This document shows positions 1 to 7,655 of a DNA stretch of 42,577 bases, in pieces. A program made the position numbers and the translations under genes. Source of the stretch: a virus (lineage: Duplodnaviria; Caudoviricetes). Under the pieces are notes generated by a model. It did no database searches. It was not told where the DNA came from and saw only the letters and a list, made by a program, of their open reading frames with translations. Numbering within the stretch: the stretch's first letter is position 1; each line of letters opens with the position of its first letter. Where the stretch lies: positions 1 through 42,577 of the IMG/VR virus record IMGVR_UViG_3300037307_000349. One strand, 5' to 3'.

Positions 1-280
1 GCAGGTTCGCTCCCCGCAGGTCCGCGCGCCATAATTTCGCACCCCGCAGGTTTGCACCCTGCATGGACGCTCCGCGCAGGTCCGTGCCTTGCATGGCCGC
101 TTCGTGCAGGTTCGCACCCTGCAAGTCCGCGTTCTGCATGGACGCTCTCCGCAAGTTGGCGCCGTGCAGGTTGGCGCCGTGCAGGTCCGCACCCTGCAAG
201 TCCGCACGCCATAGCTTCGCACCCCGCAGAGGCGCGCGCTCTAAATTTTCAGTCTTTTTGGTTGTCAATTCTTGATACAT
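1..280 (-). CDS. Pentapeptide-repeat protein (partial, runs off the left edge)
   Basis: Reverse strand from ATG at 280 reads [93 protein letters not shown], i.e. A(D/N)LXX repeats. AGAGGAG SD lies upstream. Explains the 15-bp periodicity; missed by the ORF track. Confidence 0.93.
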   Translation of the reverse strand, partial: MYQELTTKKTENLERAPLRGAKLWRADLQGADLHGANLHGANLRRASMQNADLQGANLHEAAMQGTDLRGASMQGANLRGAKLWRADLRGANL

Positions 281-295
281 TTTTTTTCTCCTCTC

Positions 296-463
296 TTATG
301 GCCGGGTCGCCCCGGCCTTTTTACACTTTTGGTTAGTATCTTTGGAATGTATAAGAGACGCTCTAGCGTCTCTTATGCATTGTTTGTGGTATATTCTCCT
401 ACCACCACGGCTGTGGACGCCGTCGGGATATAACACATCGCCGCCGCATATATGACACTTCAT
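296..463 (-). CDS. Small putative zinc-binding protein (CxxC...HxxC), copy 1, 55 aa
   Basis: MKCHICGGDVLYPDGVHSRGGRRIYHKQCIRDARASLIHSKDTNQKCKKAGATRP; strong AGGAGGAGG SD; paralogue of 516..707. Confidence 0.65.
   Translation of the reverse strand: MKCHICGGDVLYPDGVHSRGGRRIYHKQCIRDARASLIHSKDTNQKCKKAGATRP
300..322 (+). terminator. Intrinsic terminator-like hairpin (repeated at 526-548)
   Basis: GGCCGGG-TCGC-CCCGGCC followed by TTTTT on the + strand. Confidence 0.5.
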
Positions 464-515
464 TTCAAACCTCCTCCTCTTTTACCTCTTTAGATGAATT
501 TGTCCAAAGGTCGCC

Positions 516-707
516 TTATTCTCCTGGCCGGGTCGCCCCGGCCTTTTTACACTTTTGGTTAGTATCTTTGGAATGCATAAGAGACGCTCTAGCGTCTCTT
601 ATACATTGTTTGTGGTAGATCCTACCACCACGGCTGTGGAAGCCGTCGGGATATAACACATCGCCGCCGCATATCGGACATATCGGACATATCGGATTTA
701 ACTTCAT
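516..707 (-). CDS. Small putative zinc-binding protein (CxxC...HxxC), copy 2, 63 aa
   Basis: MKLNPICPICPICGGDVLYPDGFHSRGGRIYHKQC...; same AGGAGGAGG-TTTGAA-ATG context as copy 1; start reassigned to ATG at 707. Confidence 0.65.
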   Translation of the reverse strand: MKLNPICPICPICGGDVLYPDGFHSRGGRIYHKQCIRDARASLMHSKDTNQKCKKAGATRPGE

Positions 708-761
708 TTCAAACCTCCTCCTCTCTTGTTTGCCAACGAACATTTTTAATTTTTTACATTA

Positions 762-790
762 ATTATAGATGATATGTTTAACTTTGTCAA
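762..790 (-). promoter_or_regulatory. Consensus sigma70 promoter driving the leftward cassette
   Basis: Minus strand TTGACA (790-785), 17 bp, TATAAT (767-762). Confidence 0.85.
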
Positions 791-929
791 GCTGTTTATT
801 TAGTCCGCCAAAATAACCCGCAAAACCACAATACACATCACTCTATACCATACCGATTGCTAAATAACCGCCTTTTTGCCAACGCCGTCAAGAAAAAAAA
901 TATTTGACGCCGCCATGAAAAAAAAATCG

Positions 930-958
930 TTGACTTACCGTATATTATATGATAAAAT
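930..958 (+). promoter_or_regulatory. Sigma70 promoter with extended -10
   Basis: TTGACT (930-935), 17 bp, TAAAAT (953-958) preceded by TG; A-tract upstream. Confidence 0.7.
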
Positions 959-1001
959 TCAATAGAATCAATTATATCAACATTCTACGAGGATTATTAC
1001 A

Positions 1002-1556
1002 ATGAAAACTCTATCTGAACCAGAAATAAAAGTTAGCAGCGAAGATGCATCTGTTCACGTCAAAATTCCTGCTGAATATTACCCCCTCATTGCAGGTCTT
1101 ACAACTATTCAAAGACAAATACTATTCTCGCTCTGTGTCAATATGATTTCAAAAGATAGAAAGACTTTTCAACAGATAGCTGACGAGTTGAATATTGAGG
1201 AGAAAACTATCTATCTTTGCAGACAAAATCCGAAATTCGCTGCAATTTTGTCGTACATGGTCACTGAGATTATCAAAGGCTCTGTCGATATTGCAGTAGG
1301 AAATTTGATGCAGATGACTGATAACGTAAAAGCACAAGAGATATTGCTCCGTATTGCTGAAGTTTACAATCCAACGCAAAGAATTCTCGCATTGTCCGGC
1401 AAGCTCCCGGCGGCTAGTACGGAGAATTCAACGAATCCCAGGTCGTTTTTATCAGGAATTATACAGAAATTGTCAGGGTTAGGTTATTCGAAAGGCAGAT
1501 TGATTGATGAAATTAGTGAGCTTTACGATGAATTGAAAGAAAATGGAAGTATTTAA
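1002..1556 (+). CDS. HTH DNA-binding protein, probable terminase small subunit
   Basis: HTH TFQQIADELNIEEKTIYLCRQNPKF followed by helical segment ending in NVKAQEILLRIA, typical of TerS-like proteins; GAGGA SD. Confidence 0.55.
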   Translation: MKTLSEPEIKVSSEDASVHVKIPAEYYPLIAGLTTIQRQILFSLCVNMISKDRKTFQQIADELNIEEKTIYLCRQNPKFAAILSYMVTEIIKGSVDIAVGNLMQMTDNVKAQEILLRIAEVYNPTQRILALSGKLPAASTENSTNPRSFLSGIIQKLSGLGYSKGRLIDEISELYDELKENGSI

Positions 1557-1873
1557 TCTACTGCTTAAGTCAATAGCTATGCTGTTTTATCTTACCGCGT
1601 TGCAAAAATGATGCATGCCCCATAATAAGAGTTATGCAGAGCGCTAAAGGCTGGAGGACGTCCTCATCCAGTGCGTCATTATACTTTCCGCTCAAAAGGG
1701 ATTACTGGGTAATACTAATGAACTGATTATCTGGTACCTTGAGTCTGAAGTAATGGAACTCAATAGCAGAACTCAATAGGGGGAGGGTAGTGTTTTATAC
1801 AGATAGAGCGTTTCAATTGCACTATGCGACAACGGGTATTGCGTTTAGTCAGAAAAGCTCTCTCGCGCTCCAA

Positions 1874-1968
1874 GAAGCTCCCCGCCGACCAGCCGCCGAA
1901 AGCTCCCCCGCCGACCAGCCGCCGAAAGCTCCCCGCCGACCAGCCGCCGAAGGCTACCCCGCCGACCC
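1874..1968. repeat. C-rich tandem repeat, ~3.6 copies of a 25-26 bp unit
   Basis: AGCTCCCCGCCGACCAGCCGCCGAA units start at 1876, 1901, 1927 and (degenerate) 1952. Confidence 0.9.
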
Positions 1969-2255
1969 CCCCATGCCCGCCCCCTGTCTCAATATATGTT
2001 TAAGTCACACGGCCACGTTATTAGAACTCAGGATTTGGGATGAAGTATGCGGCATTGAGTAGCAGTTATTGTGTTATTATGTTAGGTAGTTATTATGTGG
2101 TATGTATTTAGGGTGGTAGAGGGGTTTTATTATCCTGCACAAGCAAACGTGGAGTGTATTATCGTATGATTGTATCATAGGAGATATGGCATATAGGACT
2201 AGGTATGCTAAATCTGGATAACTCAGGTATGGTATATAGATTAATATATATAGGT

Positions 2256-2317
2256 GGTCACTGGTGACTATAGTGAAATGGTCATAGGTGAATAGTCAGA
2301 GTAGTCACTGGTGACTA
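2256..2317. repeat. Three palindromic iteron-like repeats (GTCAnnGGTGAnTA), putative origin/operator
   Basis: GGTCACTGGTGACTA (2256), GGTCATAGGTGAATA (2280), AGTCACTGGTGACTA (2303); 23-24 bp spacing; adjacent AT-rich TATA run. Confidence 0.6.
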
Positions 2318-2716
2318 GACCATGTATGTTAAGTAGTTTTTATGCAGGTCTTTTATTGACAGGGTTTCATAGGGGCAATTTTGTTTTACGAGTTGTTGAA
2401 ATTTATATATGGAAGGCTTCAATAAAATGTAGTTATTATTAGTATGTCCACGTCCTGAATATTTATGTATAAGTTTCCATTTGAGCAGGATATTATTAGC
2501 TCTTTGCACGGTGCTGCTGGATAGCCCGAGAATGTTTGCTGTATATTGTAGTGATGGGAAAGCTGTTCCTGTTTTGGTATTTACAAGGCTTGCGTATAGT
2601 GAATAGACGGAGTATGCTGTTGGGCCTATGAATTTAATATATTTGTGGATCACGATTCTGCAAGTTTTTGTATAATCTTTAGGTGGGGAATAGGATATAA
2701 GTTTATCAGATTCCAT
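2315..2716 (-). CDS. Winged-HTH (HTH_36-like) protein resembling the N-terminus of phage replication initiators
   Basis: IGPTAYSVYSLYASLVNTKTGTAFPSLQYTANILGLSSSTVQRANNILLKWKLI; AAGGAGGT SD. Confidence 0.75.
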   Translation of the reverse strand: MESDKLISYSPPKDYTKTCRIVIHKYIKFIGPTAYSVYSLYASLVNTKTGTAFPSLQYTANILGLSSSTVQRANNILLKWKLIHKYSGRGHTNNNYILLKPSIYKFQQLVKQNCPYETLSIKDLHKNYLTYMV

Positions 2717-2886
2717 AGCGTATGCTCGACCTCCTTTTAGGTTAGTTTGGGGCCGCTAAAAGGGACGGCCCCTTGCTAACAGGTCTGGCATTGTGCCGAT
2801 TTGATAGCTAGTCAAACCGGGATAATTCAAAAGGGAGACTGGGTAGTTCACTCTATCCAGTCGAAGTAATTACTCAGGACATTTTA

Positions 2887-2915
2887 ATTATACCATAGTG
2901 GTTGTTGATTTACAA
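2887..2915 (-). promoter_or_regulatory. Sigma70 promoter for the HTH_36 gene
   Basis: Minus strand TTGTAA, 17 bp, TATAAT with TG extension. Confidence 0.65.
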
Positions 2916-2969
2916 GTGGACATGTATTAATTTGACAATATGTATATTTTCGGATAATATGTATATAGT

Positions 2970-3030
2970 TGCAGGATGCACAATCCAAATACCTTGCCGA
3001 ACCGCTACAACGACTGCATCCTGCATTTTT
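2970..3030 (+). ncRNA. Candidate small structured RNA or terminator
   Basis: Perfect 11-bp stem TGCAGGATGCA/TGCATCCTGCA with a 34-nt loop and TTTTT tail, just downstream of TTGACA(2932)-17-TAATAT. Confidence 0.35.
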
Positions 3031-3033
3031 CTC

Positions 3034-3062
3034 TTGACATTAATAATTTATTACGTTATACT
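3034..3062 (+). promoter_or_regulatory. Sigma70 promoter
   Basis: TTGACA (3034-3039), 17 bp, TATACT (3057-3062). Confidence 0.8.
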
Positions 3063-3123
3063 ATATATGGATGAAGGTTCATACTAACACATGCCGGCAT
3101 GAGTAATCGTGCCGGTTCTAAAT

Positions 3124-3297
3124 ATGGATAAAATAATACAATTTACTACATATATAACTAAGGAACAGAGGCAGGCGTTGAGGTCTGAGGCGGCGCGTTT
3201 GGATGTGAGTGTTCCTGTTCTTTTGCGACAGATAATAAATATTTGGATGGAAAGAGGGTTTGGGGAAAGTGAGACGATAAATACATCGAAAGACTAA
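3124..3297 (+). CDS. Ribbon-helix-helix (CopG/Arc-like) regulator
   Basis: MDKIIQFTTYITKEQRQALRSEAARLDVSVPVLLRQIINIW: beta strand plus two helices. Confidence 0.7.
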   Translation: MDKIIQFTTYITKEQRQALRSEAARLDVSVPVLLRQIINIWMERGFGESETINTSKD

Positions 3298-3507
3298 ATT
3301 GGTGTTATCGTCAATTTTCTTCTTCAATACTATGCCAAAATTTCGGACAATTTCTCATGGTACAAAGATGATGTAGTTTTTGCGACAATATCGAATTATT
3401 AAGTTACATTGATAATCCTAAGTTTAGAGAGGAAATATTATCTGGTCTCAGGAGAGAATTATGAACCAGATGTCAGCGATGAGCATGGCAGAAGAGGTTA
3501 TTGTATC

Positions 3508-3894
3508 GTGAGTGAGAAGAGTGTAACAATAGTGATTCCAACGTTTGATGGCAGGTTATCCAAGAATGACCGATTGCATCGCGGGCGTTATGGCGATAGC
3601 AGTATCAGGCAACTTAAGGATTCGTTTATCACTTTAATCCGCGCTTACGGCAGGGAATTTAGCGGTCTTGACAATCTTCACGTAGAGCTTATCGTCTATC
3701 GTCCTGACAAATCGTGGGACGCGCAGAATTTTGGCGACATCTTTTGGGATATGATAGCTCAGGCGTTGAATGTCAATGATCGTTCTTTTGCGTCAACAAA
3801 AGTAATACCTGAGTATGATCCGATTTATCCGCGTTTTGAAATCATACTCCGGCAGGAACAAGTCACTAACACAGGATTTAAGGGGGTGGATTAA
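3508..3894 (+). CDS. RusA-like Holliday junction resolvase
   Basis: LSKN near the N-terminus, VELIVYRPDKSWDAQNFGDIFWDMIAQALNVNDR acidic motif, C-terminal PRFEIIL; GTG at 3508 after AGAGG. Confidence 0.65.
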   Translation: MSEKSVTIVIPTFDGRLSKNDRLHRGRYGDSSIRQLKDSFITLIRAYGREFSGLDNLHVELIVYRPDKSWDAQNFGDIFWDMIAQALNVNDRSFASTKVIPEYDPIYPRFEIILRQEQVTNTGFKGVD

Positions 3895-3924
3895 ATTACA
3901 ATAAAAGATGCTATAACTAACCAG

Positions 3925-4314
3925 TTGAAGTTTCGCCATTTAGAACCATATCCGGGCCAATACATGATTCTTGATAAGGCGACAATAAATATTATCTGTA
4001 TGGATGTATATAAGGCAACGATACTTAAGTCTGAACTTACCGGGACGGCGTTAATGAAGGCGATAGATGATGAATTAGAAGCGCGTGGGTATTATGTTAA
4101 TGGCGAGACGCATGATACGCCATTGCAGAAATATGATCCGGATTTGCCGCCGCCAACACCGCCATCGCGGCCTGATTCACAGGAATACGAGAAAAGAATT
4201 GCAGAATTGTTGTTAATTAATGAAAACAAAGAACAGATAGTTAAGCTGTTCCATAAATGCCTAATTGAGATAGATGAGTTGATAGTTACAACAATAAAAC
4301 CATTTAATCTATAA
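3925..4314 (+). CDS. Hypothetical protein with proline-rich linker (may start at ATT 3895)
   Basis: Open frame in a tightly packed operon; PPPTPPSRP linker; the SD-like AGGGGGTGG fits an ATT at 3895. Confidence 0.6.
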   Translation: MKFRHLEPYPGQYMILDKATINIICMDVYKATILKSELTGTALMKAIDDELEARGYYVNGETHDTPLQKYDPDLPPPTPPSRPDSQEYEKRIAELLLINENKEQIVKLFHKCLIEIDELIVTTIKPFNL

Positions 4315-4316
4315 CT

Positions 4317-4757
4317 ATGAAAACAAGTGATTTTGCCAACAAGCAATTCGCTGTCTATGGCATGGGCTTTCGAGGCAATAACGTAAAGACCATTGGCATC
4401 GGCATCGGCTATAATACAATATGGGGCAAGGATTGGGGTTCGTTTTATGTTGATACTATCAATGATGAGGTTATATTTAATTATAATTTTTTTGACAATT
4501 TTTACTTAGTCCGAAGGCTAGTTGACAGGAAATTCAAATTAGTCCCTTTTGACAGTGATTCTTTACCATGCTGGCTAGTTGCTAGTTTATGCCAGCGAAA
4601 TCTATTATTGAGTGAAACTGTAATTATCGAAGCCAGGGCATATTGGTGGAAATTCAGGTTATTTAAATTCTGGATGGTGCAGATAAAGGAGGAAAATGGA
4701 GACGATTATAAAAGAGCGAACTGCGATAAAGCGCGTAGCGCAATGCGGGGCATGTAA
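4317..4757 (+). CDS. Hypothetical protein
   Basis: 146-aa ORF abutting the previous stop; aromatic-rich. Confidence 0.5.
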   Translation: MKTSDFANKQFAVYGMGFRGNNVKTIGIGIGYNTIWGKDWGSFYVDTINDEVIFNYNFFDNFYLVRRLVDRKFKLVPFDSDSLPCWLVASLCQRNLLLSETVIIEARAYWWKFRLFKFWMVQIKEENGDDYKRANCDKARSAMRGM

Positions 4758-5052
4758 TAAATGGTACAGGCGCACAAGAATGTATCATGTTTATTTTGCT
4801 GGCAATGAGCGAATAGTTACGGCTGTTGGTGTAGTTGACAATGAGGTCAATAAGCAACGCCTTGTATGCCCCAAATGTTACCGCGAGATGGGTTATAAGG
4901 CTAATGAAGAGGAAAATATAGATGTTGAGGATATAGAATTCTCACAGCCAACAATTATTGCCGACCCAAATTTTATCTCTCAGGAACAGATACTATTCAA
5001 TACTAAAACTGATGGTTCAATCGCTAATACGGACAAAATCAGCATCGCATAG
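4696..5052 (+). CDS. Putative zinc-ribbon protein
   Basis: CGAC...CPKC pair, acidic tail, AAGGAGG SD. Confidence 0.65.
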   Translation: METIIKERTAIKRVAQCGACNKWYRRTRMYHVYFAGNERIVTAVGVVDNEVNKQRLVCPKCYREMGYKANEEENIDVEDIEFSQPTIIADPNFISQEQILFNTKTDGSIANTDKISIA

Positions 5053-5061
5053 GATAATAAA

Positions 5062-5190
5062 ATGGTTATAGCGACTGGTGGTTGTTTTGAGGCAAAGATT
5101 ATTAAGGCTTATGGCGGCGAAATAAAAATTGTTGAGAGGTTGAAGATTTACTCTACGACTTATTTTGTTGATAGGATTAAAAGTATTTAA
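5062..5190 (+). pseudogene. Internally deleted relic of an RfaE-II/HldC-like (cytidylyltransferase-family) adenylyltransferase
   Basis: MVIATGGCF|EAKIIKAYGGEIKIVERLKIYSTTYFVDRIKSI joins the family's N-terminal TxGCF motif directly to its C-terminal E..V..YGG.V...STT..I..I motif, with the HxGH core missing. Confidence 0.55.
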
Positions 5191-5213
5191 TTAAAAACTT
5201 GTCAATAAATTAT

Positions 5214-5242
5214 TTGACAAAAATTGTCGTTGCTTGTATAAT
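5214..5242 (+). promoter_or_regulatory. Consensus sigma70 promoter upstream of the packaging/structural operon
   Basis: TTGACA (5214-5219), 17 bp, TATAAT (5237-5242); inverted repeat TTGTCAA (5199)...TTGACAA overlaps the -35. Confidence 0.85.
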
Positions 5243-5256
5243 CGATAATAAAGGAA

Positions 5257-5433
5257 ATTGACAAAAATGATTTGTTGGAATTTGAGAGATTAATCAGGAA
5301 ATTATATGGTTACTTTTCAACAACCATCAAATTTGACGATTCCAAAGTTGTCTATTACGAGATTACGCTGAGTTTCAAGGATGGAGATGATATTAAAGCA
5401 ATCATTCGTAAATTAACTCCCAAAGCCCAATAA
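5257..5433 (+). CDS. Possible small protein with non-canonical start
   Basis: Open frame IDKNDLLEFERLIRKLYGYFSTTIKFDDSKVVYYEITLSFKDGDDIKAIIRKLTPKAQ fills the gap between promoter and hairpin; no ATG. Confidence 0.35.
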   Translation: MDKNDLLEFERLIRKLYGYFSTTIKFDDSKVVYYEITLSFKDGDDIKAIIRKLTPKAQ

Positions 5434-5452
5434 CTATCTCCTCAATACTCAT

Positions 5453-5492
5453 AAATATGCAGGTTAAGGAAACTTAACCTACATATTTTTTT
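5453..5492 (+). terminator. Terminator-like hairpin directly before the terminase ATG
   Basis: AAATATGCAGGTTAAG-GAAA-CTTAACCTACATATTT followed by a T run. Confidence 0.6.
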
Positions 5493-5495
5493 ATT

Positions 5496-7274
5496 ATGGC
5501 AAAATTAAGTTATAAAGACCAAACAGATTTGATGCAGTTAAACGCCTTAGTTGATTCCTATACTGCTTTAGACGTTTTTAAGCCAAACTATGGCGGCGGA
5601 GAACTTTTGCTTCGCAGTAAAAAGCATCAGATTCTTTTTTTAGGTGGCAATAAATGTGGTAAGACATTCCAATGCCTTGCCAAGTTGGGTCTTAGAACTG
5701 TTCCAGAATTGGCGGATGGGAAGAAAACAGGATGGTTCAAAGACCCCTACGTTAGGCGCAGGATACCGAACAGGAAATTGGAAGCATGGATTTCCTGCTA
5801 TAGCCAGCCCGTTCAGAAAGAAACAATCCAGCCAGCCTTTGATACTATTTTCAAACCATACATAAAAAACATTTTCAGCGAATCAGGTATATATAAAGAT
5901 GTCGAATTGGAATTTGCGAATATACATTTCAAATGGCAAGAGGCGTCCAAGCGATCTTATGAAGGCGCGAATGTTGATCTAATTATGTGGGATGAACCAC
6001 ACGATCAGAGCATTTATAATGAGATGTTAAGCCGTTTTGCAAAGACACAGGGCTATATTTGGGGCGGCGCAACGCTTGTCATTAATCCAGATGATCCTGA
6101 CGCTGTTAAGAAATTGCAATTCATCGAATGGATGTATAAAAATCTGATACAACCCTGGGAAGAGAATCCCGATAGCAGGCCCGAATTGGACATAATCTAT
6201 GCTAATATTAGGGAAAACGAGCATGTTGACGCCAATTTCCAGATCAGCATGTGGGCAGGATTATCGGAAGCCGAACAGCTTGTCAGAGAGACAGGACGCT
6301 ATTACAGGATTGTCGGGCAATCTATATTTAACCGGCAGATGCTTGTCTATATCGAAGACTATCTACGCAAGCATCCAGAGGAATCCGAACCAGAATACGG
6401 CGTGCTGGAATATGTTGAAAATGATGGCGACCTGGGGGTCAAATTTAATCAGACACGGAATAACTTTCCAGAACGGCCTCAGGGAGAATTTATCGTAAAG
6501 ATTTGGGAAAGGCCGATAAGCGATAAGAGATTGTTAAGGCCACAGTATTTTATCGGATGCGATGTTGCCGAAGGCGTTACTGGCGGCGACTATACAAGTG
6601 CATACGTTAGGCGCGCAGACACCAATCGCGTAGTTGCCGCCCTTCATGGACATTTATCAGAATTAGAGTTAGCCAAACAGCTTAATATGCTTGGCCTCTA
6701 TTATTGCGATAATAATGGCGCGCCTGCCATACTTGCTATTGAGGTTAATAATTATGGCAAGACAACTCAGCAGTATTTGATTACAGGCCACAGGGAACTT
6801 GGTATTTACAAATATGGGCTTCATAGAATCTACCACAGGCCGCTTAATGAGGATATAGAACGCGGAATGATGATAATGGGCAAAGAGCCTGGCTGGAAGA
6901 CATCACCGCGCAACAGGGATTTTCTATTAACCGCAATGCGGATGGCACTGGTAGAGGCCTATGCCGCTATCAAGCATGGCGGCCCATGCACAATAACCGA
7001 TATTGGATGGATAAATGAAGCCATGAATTTTATCCGCGATAAGAACGATAAATTTAATGCAATCAAAGGCGTGTCTAATGATGACCGATTGTTCTCCCTT
7101 GCCATAACAGATAAGTGCAAAGAGCAGTATTATCGCACTAAAATTGTTACAGTCAAGCAAGCAGTGAATGATGATATTTGGCTTGCAGATGATGGCGGCA
7201 TCATATTAAATATTGAAGCCGCAAGAAGGCAATCAAGGGAATATAATCGGAAACGCGAAAGGATGGTGTATTAA
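5496..7274 (+). CDS. terL: Terminase large subunit
   Basis: Walker A GGNKCGKT, Walker B LIMWDEP, RNase H-like nuclease IGCDVAEG...GDY, AIEVNN, DDRLFSLAI. Confidence 0.95.
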   Translation: MAKLSYKDQTDLMQLNALVDSYTALDVFKPNYGGGELLLRSKKHQILFLGGNKCGKTFQCLAKLGLRTVPELADGKKTGWFKDPYVRRRIPNRKLEAWISCYSQPVQKETIQPAFDTIFKPYIKNIFSESGIYKDVELEFANIHFKWQEASKRSYEGANVDLIMWDEPHDQSIYNEMLSRFAKTQGYIWGGATLVINPDDPDAVKKLQFIEWMYKNLIQPWEENPDSRPELDIIYANIRENEHVDANFQISMWAGLSEAEQLVRETGRYYRIVGQSIFNRQMLVYIEDYLRKHPEESEPEYGVLEYVENDGDLGVKFNQTRNNFPERPQGEFIVKIWERPISDKRLLRPQYFIGCDVAEGVTGGDYTSAYVRRADTNRVVAALHGHLSELELAKQLNMLGLYYCDNNGAPAILAIEVNNYGKTTQQYLITGHRELGIYKYGLHRIYHRPLNEDIERGMMIMGKEPGWKTSPRNRDFLLTAMRMALVEAYAAIKHGGPCTITDIGWINEAMNFIRDKNDKFNAIKGVSNDDRLFSLAITDKCKEQYYRTKIVTVKQAVNDDIWLADDGGIILNIEAARRQSREYNRKRERMVY

Positions 7275-7655
7275 TTGGCACTGGATTTGACAGGTTATCA
7301 GCAAGAGATTCAGCGCATTGTTGATAAGGATAAAAGGCTACAAACCGAGTTAGAACAGAAAGAAAAATTACTTGAGGAATTGAGAAAAGAGATAAGCGAT
7401 CTTAAAGAGACAAGCGAAAAGTTTAAGCCATTTATGGATATAATTGAACGCGAGGAGAAGGAAAATTATCTTATCAATATCCGGGATACATGGCTTTTTA
7501 AGCAATTAAAGATTAAGGCACGGCTTGTCTACGGGCCAACAGGTGATACAGGAAGTTTATTTAGGCAGTTTGTAGAGGGTGTGTTAAAATACAGCGTCAC
7601 TTCAGGATGGATTGTCCTGAAGAGTCACGTATTTCCTAAAGGGCCAGAACAATGA
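7275..7655 (+). CDS. Hypothetical coiled-coil protein
   Basis: TTG start right after the terL stop; heptad-rich N-terminus; stop overlaps the portal ATG. Confidence 0.65.
   Translation: MALDLTGYQQEIQRIVDKDKRLQTELEQKEKLLEELRKEISDLKETSEKFKPFMDIIEREEKENYLINIRDTWLFKQLKIKARLVYGPTGDTGSLFRQFVEGVLKYSVTSGWIVLKSHVFPKGPEQ

Larger units (their letters stand above)
299..724. repeat. Tandem direct repeat of ~180-200 bp (299-480 and 525-724)
   Basis: Near-identical sequence from TGGCCGGGTCGCCCCGGCC to ACTTCATTTCAAACCTCCTCCTCT in both copies; copy 2 has an ATATCGGAC microrepeat expansion. Confidence 0.95.

Noticed and set aside
52-336. Plus-strand ORFs 52..336 and 63..275
   Set aside because: Shadows of the minus-strand pentapeptide gene, which has an SD and a recognisable repeat
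348-605. TGTATAAGAGAC / GTCTCTTATACA resemble the Tn5 mosaic end (Nextera adapter)
   Set aside because: Only 12 of 19 bp match contiguously, the motif sits in frame in both gene copies and no transposase is present; probably coincidence, though read mapping would settle it
1874-1968. Possible CRISPR array
   Set aside because: Repeats are head-to-tail with no unique spacers, and no cas genes are present
1790-2062. 90-aa Pro/Ala-rich ORF over the tandem repeat
   Set aside because: Repeat unit of 25-26 bp shifts frame between copies; likely open only because of high GC
3270-3475. Protein-like frame interrupted by TGA, suggesting stop-codon recoding or a pseudogene
   Set aside because: TGA, TAG and TAA all end well-supported genes in this window, and the frame has no recognisable family
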